A stretch of 32,000 nucleotides of DNA, taken from positions 1,952,180 through 1,984,179 of the forward strand of contig NZ_LT963434.1 in NCBI RefSeq assembly GCF_900199515.1, written 5' to 3'. Positions within the stretch are counted from its first letter, which is position 1. Every line of letters starts with the position of its first letter. The notes under the pieces are model-generated. The model was not told the DNA's origin. It did not search any database and saw only the letters and a list, made by a program, of their open reading frames with translations. This document shows, piece by piece, positions 16,029 to 23,778 of the stretch. Origin of the DNA: Massilicoli timonensis (GTDB taxonomy: Bacteria > Bacillota_I > Bacilli_A > Erysipelotrichales > Erysipelotrichaceae). A program made the translations under genes and the position numbers.

Positions 16029-16637
16029 ATGAAAAAAATGAACAATGCAAATCGTTTAGACGTCCCAGATTTTATTTCAATTGGGATTTATACAGCAATA
16101 TATTTTGTGCTGGTTACCATAGCAACATTTTCAAGCGGTATTTTGTTTGCTGGTTTTGCATATGTATTGCTTCCTGCATTAGCCACTTTAATATCAGGAT
16201 GTGTATATATGTTAATGGTTGCTAAAGTACCTAAATTTGGGGCAATAACCATTATGGGTATTGTTATGGGACTGTTTTTCTTTGCGTCAGGTCATTTTAT
16301 TTTATCTTTTGGAGCTAATATTGTATGTGGCGTTTTAGCCGATATTATCTGTAAAATCGGAAAATATAAAAATAAGATGCTGATACTTTTGAGCTATATT
16401 GTGTTTTCATTTGGATTGACTGGACCAGTTCTTCCTATGTGGTTTATGAAAGATGCATATGTTGCTAATTTAATTGAACGTGGGAAAGATGCGGCTTACA
16501 TTGATGCAATGTTTGCTTCAATCAATATGGGAACCTTCGGCATCTGCTGTATTGCTATTTTAATCTGTGCAATTATAGGTGGAATATTTGGACAGCGAAT
16601 GATGAAAAAGCATTTTCAGAAAGCAGGCATTATATAA
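16029..16637 (+). CDS. Putative ECF transporter S component (MptD / Trep_Strep-like integral membrane protein)
   Basis: About 202 aa from ATG 16029 (RBS GGAGG). Five or six hydrophobic helices. It sits directly before the T component and the double ATPase, and overlaps the next gene in a TAATG. Confidence 0.5.
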   Translation: MKKMNNANRLDVPDFISIGIYTAIYFVLVTIATFSSGILFAGFAYVLLPALATLISGCVYMLMVAKVPKFGAITIMGIVMGLFFFASGHFILSFGANIVCGVLADIICKIGKYKNKMLILLSYIVFSFGLTGPVLPMWFMKDAYVANLIERGKDAAYIDAMFASINMGTFGICCIAILICAIIGGIFGQRMMKKHFQKAGII

Positions 16638-17314
16638 TGATTTGCCTTGATCCAAGAGTAAAATTATATCTGCTTTTAGAAGCCAATCTGCTGCTTTTCT
16701 TTCATGTGAATACTGTAACGGAAGTAATAATCGTTGTATTGTTTTTGTTGCCCTTTTTTCTTTCCGGAAAAACAAAAAGCGCTTTGCGTTTTACGATTAT
16801 CTATATGCTTTTGCTTATCATCGGAATGATGACTGATTCGGCTGGGACAAATACTCTACTCAATTTTGTCGCAATGGCAGCCGTTGGAATACGAATGATT
16901 CTTCCCTGTTTGATTGCAGGAGCCTATGCTTTTAGTACGACTACACCAAGTGAATTGTTTTGTGCTTTGAGAAAGTGTCATATTCCAGAAGGAATTATTA
17001 TCACTTGTGCTGTTGTTATACGCTTTTTTCCTACCGTTATGGAAGACTATCGACAGATTCGCGATGGTATGGCGATGAGAAACATTTATATAGGTATGTT
17101 TCATCCCTTACAATCTTTAGAATATGTCATTATTCCTTTATTGATGAATGGCAGTACGGTAGCAAGAGATCTTTCGGTAGCTGCTTTAACAAAAGGAATT
17201 GGGCTATCAGGAAGACATACAAGCATGGTACAGATAAAAATGCAAATTTACGACTGGATCTATATGATTATAAGTACGATACCGCTAATTATGTTTAAGG
17301 GAGGATTTTTATGA
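16637..17314 (+). CDS. ecfT: ECF transporter transmembrane (T) component, CbiQ/EcfT family
   Basis: 225 aa polytopic membrane protein between the S component and the ATPase. Coupled at both ends (TAATG, ATGA). Confidence 0.65.
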   Translation: MICLDPRVKLYLLLEANLLLFFHVNTVTEVIIVVLFLLPFFLSGKTKSALRFTIIYMLLLIIGMMTDSAGTNTLLNFVAMAAVGIRMILPCLIAGAYAFSTTTPSELFCALRKCHIPEGIIITCAVVIRFFPTVMEDYRQIRDGMAMRNIYIGMFHPLQSLEYVIIPLLMNGSTVARDLSVAALTKGIGLSGRHTSMVQIKMQIYDWIYMIISTIPLIMFKGGFL

Positions 17315-18738
17315 TGAATATCATATCTAGCAAAAATATCTCCTTTTCCTATATGAATAGTGAACAGGCTTCATTGAAAGAAATAACGATTGGAATAGAA
17401 GAAGGAGAGTGCATTGTTCTTTGTGGGAGAAGCGGCAGCGGAAAAACAACTTTTTCAAGACTTCTTAATGGATTGTGTCCTATGTTTTTTACAGGCAAAT
17501 TAAGTGGCGAATGCGATACATCTGGTTTACAGGCAGGAAATGCTACGATTGAAGAATATGTGCTTTATGTAGGAAGTGTATTTCAAAATCCTAAGACGCA
17601 GTATTTCAATACGGATACGACGGCAGAATTAGCTTTTCCATGTGAAAACTGTGGCTTTCCTTCTGATGAAATAAAAAAGAGAGTTAACGAATGTGTTCAA
17701 AGATTTCAATTAGATGGTCTTATGAATCGAAATATCTTTAAGCTTTCTGGAGGTGAAAAGCAACGTGTCGCTTTTGCAGCATCAACAATGCTTGATCCTA
17801 AAATATTGGTTTTAGACGAACCGACAAGTAATCTGGATGCGTCAGCCATCTCTAAATTACGTAGGATGATTCTTGAAATGAAACAGTCAGGTAAAACGAT
17901 CATTATAGCGGAACATCGACTTGCATGGCTCAATGATATTGCAGATCGATATGTATTATTTGAAAGTGGAGAAATAAAACAGGAATGGTCTGCAAAAGAG
18001 TTTTTGCAGTTTTCACAGAGCGAATTATATGAAGTTGGATTGAGAGCAACGCGACTTGATATATTGAAAGAAATTATAGAAAATAAATTGAATTCTCAGG
18101 CTGTAAGTGGAAATGTGCTATTAAAGGCTTCGAATTTAGTCATAGGATATGATAAAAAAACAGAAGTTTATAAGCTAAATACTTTTTGTTTATATAATGG
18201 AACAGTTGTTGGATTAGTAGGACATAATGGAGTAGGCAAGAGTACTCTGGCAAAGACATTATGTGGTCTGATCAAACCATTATCAGGTTCCATTCAATGG
18301 AAAGGACAGATGGTAAAAGGAAAGCAACTGACTGATCATGCCTTTCTTGTCATGCAAGATGTAAATTATCAATTATTTAGTGATTCTGTAAGAGATGAGG
18401 CATTGCTTGGAAATAGCAATCATGAACAATGTAATCAGGTATTGAAAATGCTAGGCCTTAGTGAAGTAAGTGAACGACACCCGATGAGTCTATCAGGAGG
18501 ACAGAAGCAAAGAGTTGCCATTGCATCTGCCATACTTTCAAACAAGGAATTAATCGTATTGGATGAGCCGACCAGTGGATTGGATCACTATCATATGACA
18601 CAGGTTGGAAATTTATTGCAGATGTTAAAAAAACAGGGAAAATGCGTACTTGTAATTACGCATGATGAAGAATTAACTGCCCAATGGTGTGATTATATTA
18701 TTCGATTAGATGGAGGTAATTATGGAACTGGATATTAA
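17311..18738 (+). CDS. Fused double ABC ATPase (EcfA-EcfA' type)
   Basis: 475 aa with two NBDs. Walker A GRSGSGKTT and GHNGVGKST; signatures LSGGEKQRVAFA and LSGGQKQRVAIA; Walker B ILVLDEPTS and LIVLDEPTS. Confidence 0.9.
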   Translation: MMNIISSKNISFSYMNSEQASLKEITIGIEEGECIVLCGRSGSGKTTFSRLLNGLCPMFFTGKLSGECDTSGLQAGNATIEEYVLYVGSVFQNPKTQYFNTDTTAELAFPCENCGFPSDEIKKRVNECVQRFQLDGLMNRNIFKLSGGEKQRVAFAASTMLDPKILVLDEPTSNLDASAISKLRRMILEMKQSGKTIIIAEHRLAWLNDIADRYVLFESGEIKQEWSAKEFLQFSQSELYEVGLRATRLDILKEIIENKLNSQAVSGNVLLKASNLVIGYDKKTEVYKLNTFCLYNGTVVGLVGHNGVGKSTLAKTLCGLIKPLSGSIQWKGQMVKGKQLTDHAFLVMQDVNYQLFSDSVRDEALLGNSNHEQCNQVLKMLGLSEVSERHPMSLSGGQKQRVAIASAILSNKELIVLDEPTSGLDHYHMTQVGNLLQMLKKQGKCVLVITHDEELTAQWCDYIIRLDGGNYGTGY

Positions 18739-19348
18739 AGAATGGATTGGTCAATGGGATAATTTTGAAAACTACATTAACAGTCATGATAAAAACATGT
18801 TGGCATGCTGGGAAGAAGCTGAATCTATCTGCCAAGGTATTCCGATGTTTTCAAAAGGAGTAAAAGTCTTTTGGCAACAATCATGCAAGACAATAACAGA
18901 AGAAAACTTAATTCAGATTTATGGCTGGAATATTAAAGAAAGCAATAAAGAAAAAAGCATTCTGACGATTGAATGGTTTACATCTGACAAGCAGATTATA
19001 GAGGTTTTTGATTATACACTGGATTCTATTGTGGAAAAAGGGTTAGAATCAAAGCCTAATTATCTTCTGCGTGCAATAAATGGCAGAGAAGGCAGCCCAT
19101 TTACTTATATATTGGCTATGCCTCCAATGCCTGAAAGATCTTCCATCAAGGAAGGAGGATTATTAAGCCATTTTCATTTTCAGTTTGCAAGTTCTCTAGA
19201 TAAATTGGTATGTGACGATGGAAAGCTTGCAAAACCAATGTGGTATGCGACCATGTGTTCAGCAGATGGTGATTTACTCGAACAATGCAATATTGTGCGT
19301 GCCTTGCATCGTTTACCAAAATGGAATAAGCTCATATATGAATTATAG
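18722..19348 (+). CDS. Cytoplasmic ZinT/YodA-like (lipocalin-type metal-binding) protein
   Basis: The track ORF starts at 18710. ATG 18722 follows GGAGG. No signal peptide. EWIGQWDNFENY, SHFHFQF and KPMWYATM resemble DWDGVWQSVYP, SHFHIFMG and NWPTYYP of E. coli ZinT (from memory). Confidence 0.4.
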   Translation: MELDIKEWIGQWDNFENYINSHDKNMLACWEEAESICQGIPMFSKGVKVFWQQSCKTITEENLIQIYGWNIKESNKEKSILTIEWFTSDKQIIEVFDYTLDSIVEKGLESKPNYLLRAINGREGSPFTYILAMPPMPERSSIKEGGLLSHFHFQFASSLDKLVCDDGKLAKPMWYATMCSADGDLLEQCNIVRALHRLPKWNKLIYEL

Positions 19349-19375
19349 TATGATTTTACATGTATAAATATAGAA

Positions 19376-19404
19376 ACAAGAGCGATAGAATTGTCGCTTT
19401 TTTC
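19376..19404 (+). terminator. Probable intrinsic terminator of the ECF operon
   Basis: AGCGA (19381-19385) / TCGCT (19394-19398), extendable with one mismatch, followed by TTTTTT. Confidence 0.5.
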
Positions 19405-19640
19405 TATATGTTTCCATATTCTTTCGGAGTCTATCCTTAGATTTTTAAAAAATGCTCTGAATGATAATCACAATCCTTTACAGTGATTAGACTTTTTACA
19501 AAATCCGATTTTATAAATTCTAATTTATCTATTCAACCCTCTAAAATCCCTTTGTTTTCAAGGCTTTACGTCTGTATTGTGTTCCAATCTTATGTATTTT
19601 CTCTGTTTTTGACCTTACGAGCCGAAACAAGGGGGATTTT

Positions 19641-19988
19641 TTATGCCTCGCCGACTACTTCATCCAGCAGCTTTGCGAAACTGCGCTTCGCTTCCTTTGT
19701 AGCGAGAGCGTAGATATTCATTGTGGTATTGATATCGGCGTGTCCAAAATGTTCCTTCACATCCTTCGGTGCTACCCCATTCGATAGCAGATTGCTTGTA
19801 AATGCGTGTCGGAGTTGATGACAATGGAAGCCTTCTAACTCCTCGACCTTCTTGTGTGCCGTCCTATACATAATCCCTACCGTACTCGCCACTTCATCCA
19901 CTCCGTCTGGGCTGAGGCAGACAAAGGATATTTCTCTGTAGTCATCGGGAATTCTTCTATTCTCGGCAGGCTGGATAAAATCCCTGAT
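19641..19988 (-). pseudogene. Tyrosine recombinase/integrase, C-terminal fragment only
   Basis: Residues 86-200 of track ORF 19641-20243 carry HCHQLRHAFTSNLLSNGVAPKDVKEHFGHADINTTMNIYA (the HxLRH, GH and catalytic Y region). The first 85 residues are low-complexity antisense of another fragment. The N-terminal core and the first catalytic Arg are missing. Confidence 0.65.
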
Positions 19989-20150
19989 ACATTCAAAGAG
20001 GAAGGTTATCCCAATGTACAGACGTTTATGCAGACCTATCGTGAAGCAGAAGCCGTTGTAAAGCAGCACAATCGCAGTCTTGCCGAATGGGGACGACAGG
20101 TTAAGGAAAAGAGTAGCCCGCAGAAGCCGCCCGAAAGGGAGAGCGTCTGA
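19965..20150 (+). pseudogene. C-terminal fragment of an unidentified mobile-element protein
   Basis: LDKIPDTFKEEGYPNVQTFMQTYREAEAVVKQHNRSLAEWGRQVKEKSSPQKPPERESV reads as a real protein tail. It has no N-terminus and abuts the integrase fragment head-on. Confidence 0.3.
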
Positions 20151-20312
20151 AACAGACCCAGACAGTTGCAGGAGATGCAGGAGCAGGATAGACAACAGCC
20201 ACACAGAAAGAAATCCTTTGACAGAGACATAGCAGATAGACACAGAAAAAACGTCGCTATGGTGTTACCCATACACGACGTCATACATATAGCTGAATGT
20301 TTTATAGCAACT

Positions 20313-20741
20313 TTATTCGTCTACGATTATCGTTTCGTCAGTTACTACCGGCTGGTTATTCTGAGTACCGTTATCGAGGTATTGAATGCTAAAGATGATA
20401 GCAATAAAAATATTTACCAGAATGATTGTCGCTAGTATAATGCCAATAATTTTCCAAATGCGATGTGAGCGACGGTTTTTAATTGCAAGCTGCTCATTTA
20501 TTCTGGATAGCTGCGTTGCAACATCGCTGGTAACATTTTCGTCTTCAATTTTCTCCCCTAACAATTCGCTGACAGATACCTCTAATATCTCAGCCAGACG
20601 AATTAAAGTAACCGCATCAGGAACGGATAAGTTTTTCTCCCATTTAGAGATTGTCTGTCTGGCTACATGAAGTCTTGCTGCTAGTTCTTCTTGGGAAAAG
20701 CCTTTTTGCTTTCTTAAGACTTTTAGATTTTCACTAAACAT
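20313..20741 (-). CDS. XRE family HTH protein with a C-terminal transmembrane helix
   Basis: 142 aa. LKVLRKQKGFSQEELAARLHVARQTISKWEKNLSVPD, then the hydrophobic segment IWKIIGIILATIILVNIFIAIIF. RBS AAGGAGG. Confidence 0.8.
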   Translation of the reverse strand: MFSENLKVLRKQKGFSQEELAARLHVARQTISKWEKNLSVPDAVTLIRLAEILEVSVSELLGEKIEDENVTSDVATQLSRINEQLAIKNRRSHRIWKIIGIILATIILVNIFIAIIFSIQYLDNGTQNNQPVVTDETIIVDE

Positions 20742-20994
20742 TATGTGTTTCCTCCTTGAATTTGATTAGTCAATTATAGAACGACATCTATTGTATGACA
20801 AGCAATGCAGATTAACAATAGCGCAACTGTTGATAACAAGGGCTTTTCGCTGTTTTATTTGAACCAAATAGTTTCAATGAATGTGTGATAGTTGGTTGAT
20901 TTCAGAAAACAACTGATTAAAAAGTATTTCTGATTTCTTAAAATGATTAGCGACAGAGATTTCTCTCTGCACCATTTATCTATGCAAAGATGAT

Positions 20995-21345
20995 TCACTT
21001 TTCTACAATCTCCTTTGCATACGCTCGTATGTTATTTATTCTCTGTGTCCATTCTAAAGCATTTTCTGCCTTCAACTGTTCCGTGATACCCTGTGCCTGT
21101 CTGTTGACGTCGCAAGGTAGGAATTGAACTTGCCGCTAGTAAGAAGAATGGTGTATGTAACTCTGTGGTATTCTTCCAGATACCGCAAATGACGCTGCCT
21201 CCAAGGCCAATAGGTCTTTCTTTTTCGGCTGGCTAGGTAAAGCAGGGAAAATAGTAGTCATCCTGCAATTCATACTATAATCCGTTATTCTCATCGTAAA
21301 TGTACTTGTCCATTGAAAAACCTCTGTTATAATATATTCGCACAA
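20995..21345 (-). pseudogene. TnpV-like remnant interrupted by an in-frame TAG (21138-21136) and an apparent internal deletion
   Basis: The frame reads ...SYIHHSSY*RQVQFLPCDVNRQAQGITEQLKAENALEWTQRINNIRAYAKEIVEK*. The tail resembles the GVTEELKA..M.WV..MN.IR..AEEIV C-terminus of clostridial transposon TnpV proteins (from memory). Confidence 0.35.
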
Positions 21346-21611
21346 ACATTACAGTTTTACGATCACCACACTCTCTTATATCTTGTTATGAGATTCTCTT
21401 GTCCTTGCATTTGCCCCTATGAGCAAGGAAAAATGAGTAAACTTGTGTGTAACCGTATAAAGAGCTAAGGTGAAGAATATGATAAATCCTTTATTTTCAA
21501 GGCTTTCGGATAATTTTGTTGAAAGCCTATAGCGGACAATAACCATTTATAAAATTGTGGTTTTCATATTATTATTTAAACTACATTTCTGCATTTTTAT
21601 GTATATATAAA

Positions 21612-21629
21612 ATGCTCAAATTTGAACAT
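21612..21629. promoter_or_regulatory. Palindrome with TGTTCAAATTTGAACA core, copy C, upstream of parA
   Basis: ATGCTCAAA/TTTGAACAT is an 18-bp palindrome with one mismatch. It ends 7 nt before the -35 of the parA promoter. Confidence 0.6.
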
Positions 21630-21636
21630 CTAGACG

Positions 21637-21665
21637 CTGACAATTACTCAAAAGCACGACATAAT
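21637..21665 (+). promoter_or_regulatory. parA promoter
   Basis: CTGACA (21637-21642), a 17-nt spacer, then CATAAT (21660-21665). It contains GCACGACATAATG (21654-21666), identical to the 13187-13199 promoter. Confidence 0.55.
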
Positions 21666-21684
21666 GTGTATCGAGGTGATACAC

Positions 21685-22503
21685 ATGAAGAAAATAAAGA
21701 ATAAAAACAAAAAAGGACATATCATTGCATTAACCAATCAGAAAGGTGGAACAGGCAAGACAACAGTAACCATCAATGCAGGTGTTGCATTATCTAAAAT
21801 GGGGTATAAGGTTTTAGTATTAGATAATGATGAACAGACAAATCTAACAACTGGCTTAATTGTAGATAATCATTTATATAAAGAGAAGAATTTAGGAAAT
21901 CTGCTTGATGATGTGCTGGATGAAAAGAAGATTAGATTAAATAGATATATTATCCGTTTACGTTATGTAGATATCATAGCAGGTTGTAGAAATCTCTTTA
22001 CCTATAAGGAAGAATTCAGAAACAGAAAAAATCGCAATACGATTTATAGAGATATTTTGGAGCAGGTAAGAAGCAAATATGATTTTATTTTGATTGACTG
22101 TCCTCCTGTAGCAGGGATTGAAAATGCACAGGCATATACAGCTGCTGACAGCATCTTAGTAGTATCAGAACCATCCATGTACAGTATGGATGGTATCGTG
22201 GACGCTGTTAGAATTGTAGGGGAAGCAAGGATAACTGAAAATCCAAAGCTAAGAGTGTTAGGGGTAGTGGTTAATAAGATGCATTTTATGAGGAGAGAAG
22301 ATAAAGGATATGTGCAAGAGATACGTTCCATGTGCAATGGAAAGGTACATGTATTCAATAGCATTATTCCTGAAAGTGCAGCTATCGCAAGATGTGCTTC
22401 ATTAGGAAAAAGCATTCTTCAGCATAGAAGCACATCGAAAGCATCATATGCCTTTCTTGATTTGGCACAGGAAATCGTAAGGGAGGTGTCATTAGATGCG
22501 TAG
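21685..22503 (+). CDS. parA: ParA/Soj family partition ATPase
   Basis: Deviant Walker A NQKGGTGKTT. The track start at 21664 lies inside the -10 hexamer. ATG 21685 (MKKIKNK) follows GAGGTGA. Confidence 0.9.
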   Translation: MKKIKNKNKKGHIIALTNQKGGTGKTTVTINAGVALSKMGYKVLVLDNDEQTNLTTGLIVDNHLYKEKNLGNLLDDVLDEKKIRLNRYIIRLRYVDIIAGCRNLFTYKEEFRNRKNRNTIYRDILEQVRSKYDFILIDCPPVAGIENAQAYTAADSILVVSEPSMYSMDGIVDAVRIVGEARITENPKLRVLGVVVNKMHFMRREDKGYVQEIRSMCNGKVHVFNSIIPESAAIARCASLGKSILQHRSTSKASYAFLDLAQEIVREVSLDA

Positions 22504-23473
22504 ACCTAGGGAAATACAGAATATTTTTGGCAATGATGGAACAATCAGATTTGAAAAGGAAGAATATACTTATCTTGATCCTGATTGTCTGGAAACACAT
22601 CCTGATCATAAGTTTAAGCTTCATACAGGTGTTCGTATGGAAAAGCTGATTGAGTCTATTGAATGTGCAGGTGTCATGCAGGCAATTCTGGTCAGTGAAA
22701 GAGATGAAAAACGATATTTGCTAGCAGGATATAATCGAGTATATGCAAGCAGGAAAGCAAACAAAAAGATGGTTCCTGCCATCATCAAAAGAGATCTATC
22801 AAGAATACAGGAAGTTCAGATTATCAATTTTACTAATTTCTTTTCCAGAGGAACCAGTGATTATTCATATCTTGAAAGAGTAAGAGCAATGAAAGCTGAA
22901 TACAATCAGCTGGTAAATAGCCGTAAGAGGTCTGATGAAAGCTATGAAAAACAGTCAACCAGGGAATATTTTGCCAGTCTTTATGAAATGACAGATTCTA
23001 CAATGAATAGATTTTTAACACTTGATAAGCTATGTGATGAACTTCTGGAATTTCTTGATGATAAAAAAATCAACATTTCTGTTGCATTGAAATTAGCAGA
23101 ACTGGATGATAAAAAACAGCAAAGAATTTATCGCTTTCTATTGGAAAGCAAAAGAAAAATCAGTATAAAAGAGAGTCAGCTTTTAATAGAGCAATTACAC
23201 AATGACGAAGAATTAAGATTAGATGTATTAAAAGATAAAAACAAAAAAGCAAAGTTGAGTTACGAGATTGATAAAACAATTATGGATAATATTCCATCAG
23301 GAAAACAGAGACAGGAAGCAATAGAACAGTCATTGATGTTCTCACAAAAAAGCCTACCAGATTGGTTTGAAAATCATGATATAGTAATTGCTGGAAAAAA
23401 TATATATGATTATGTCTTAAGTATTTTAGAAAAGGTGTATCTTGAATATCCTGAATTAATGAAAGATAAGTAA
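22496..23473 (+). CDS. parB: ParB N-terminal-domain (ParB/Srx-like) partition protein
   Basis: 325 aa, overlapping parA by 8 nt. HPDHKFKLHTGVRMEKLIESIECAGVMQAILV...YLLAGYNRVYASRKAN matches the ParB nuclease-like N-terminal domain. Confidence 0.7.
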   Translation: MRRPREIQNIFGNDGTIRFEKEEYTYLDPDCLETHPDHKFKLHTGVRMEKLIESIECAGVMQAILVSERDEKRYLLAGYNRVYASRKANKKMVPAIIKRDLSRIQEVQIINFTNFFSRGTSDYSYLERVRAMKAEYNQLVNSRKRSDESYEKQSTREYFASLYEMTDSTMNRFLTLDKLCDELLEFLDDKKINISVALKLAELDDKKQQRIYRFLLESKRKISIKESQLLIEQLHNDEELRLDVLKDKNKKAKLSYEIDKTIMDNIPSGKQRQEAIEQSLMFSQKSLPDWFENHDIVIAGKNIYDYVLSILEKVYLEYPELMKDK

Positions 23474-23507
23474 GTTTGGTGTGTGTAATAATTATTGATT
23501 ATACATG

Positions 23508-23530
23508 TTTCATTATTAGTAATAATGAAA
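23508..23530. repeat. AT-rich 23-bp palindrome after parB
   Basis: TTTCATTATTA g TAATAATGAAA, with perfect 11-bp arms. Confidence 0.5.
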
Positions 23531-23753
23531 TATATAGTCTATCAAGAAATAACTTAATAATTGTTCTAATGACAAAGTAAAAAATAAATGTAATAATAAT
23601 ATATTTTGAGAGACGAATACATCTTGAAAAAGCAGTAAAACAAGGCATTTTATATGGTAAAAATATAAAAATATTTTTTGCACTGCGAAAATAAGTACAT
23701 TCTAGTGATAACATGATATTGATGATAAGTGAATATTAATGATGATTTTGTGC

Positions 23754-23778
23754 AAAGAGCTGTTGTTGACAGCTCTTT
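23754..23778. promoter_or_regulatory. Inverted repeat upstream of the ArpU-like operon
   Basis: AAAGAGCTGT (23754-23763) / ACAGCTCTTT (23769-23778) with a 5-nt loop. It contains TTGACA and lies 16 nt before TATAAT (23794-23799). Confidence 0.4.

Larger units (their letters stand above)
19405..21611. mobile_element. Decayed mobile-element remnant region
   Basis: Contains a truncated tyrosine recombinase, an opposite-strand protein fragment in visibly GC-richer DNA, an XRE gene, a TnpV-like remnant and about 900 bp without a convincing ORF. Confidence 0.5.

Noticed and set aside
19641-20243. Intact 200-aa integrase as suggested by the ORF track
   Set aside because: Only the C-terminal 115 residues are recombinase-like. 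The N-terminal part is the antisense reading of another gene fragment. The catalytic N-terminal core is absent.
21664-21684. parA start at ATG 21664 (MCIEVIH...)
   Set aside because: This ATG sits inside the predicted -10 hexamer and has no RBS. ATG 21685 follows GAGGTGA and gives a normal ParA N-terminus.
23499-23714. 71-aa reverse-strand ORF in the gap after parB
   Set aside because: It is a very AT-rich, Ile/Phe/Lys-biased translation with no RBS, in an otherwise non-coding region.
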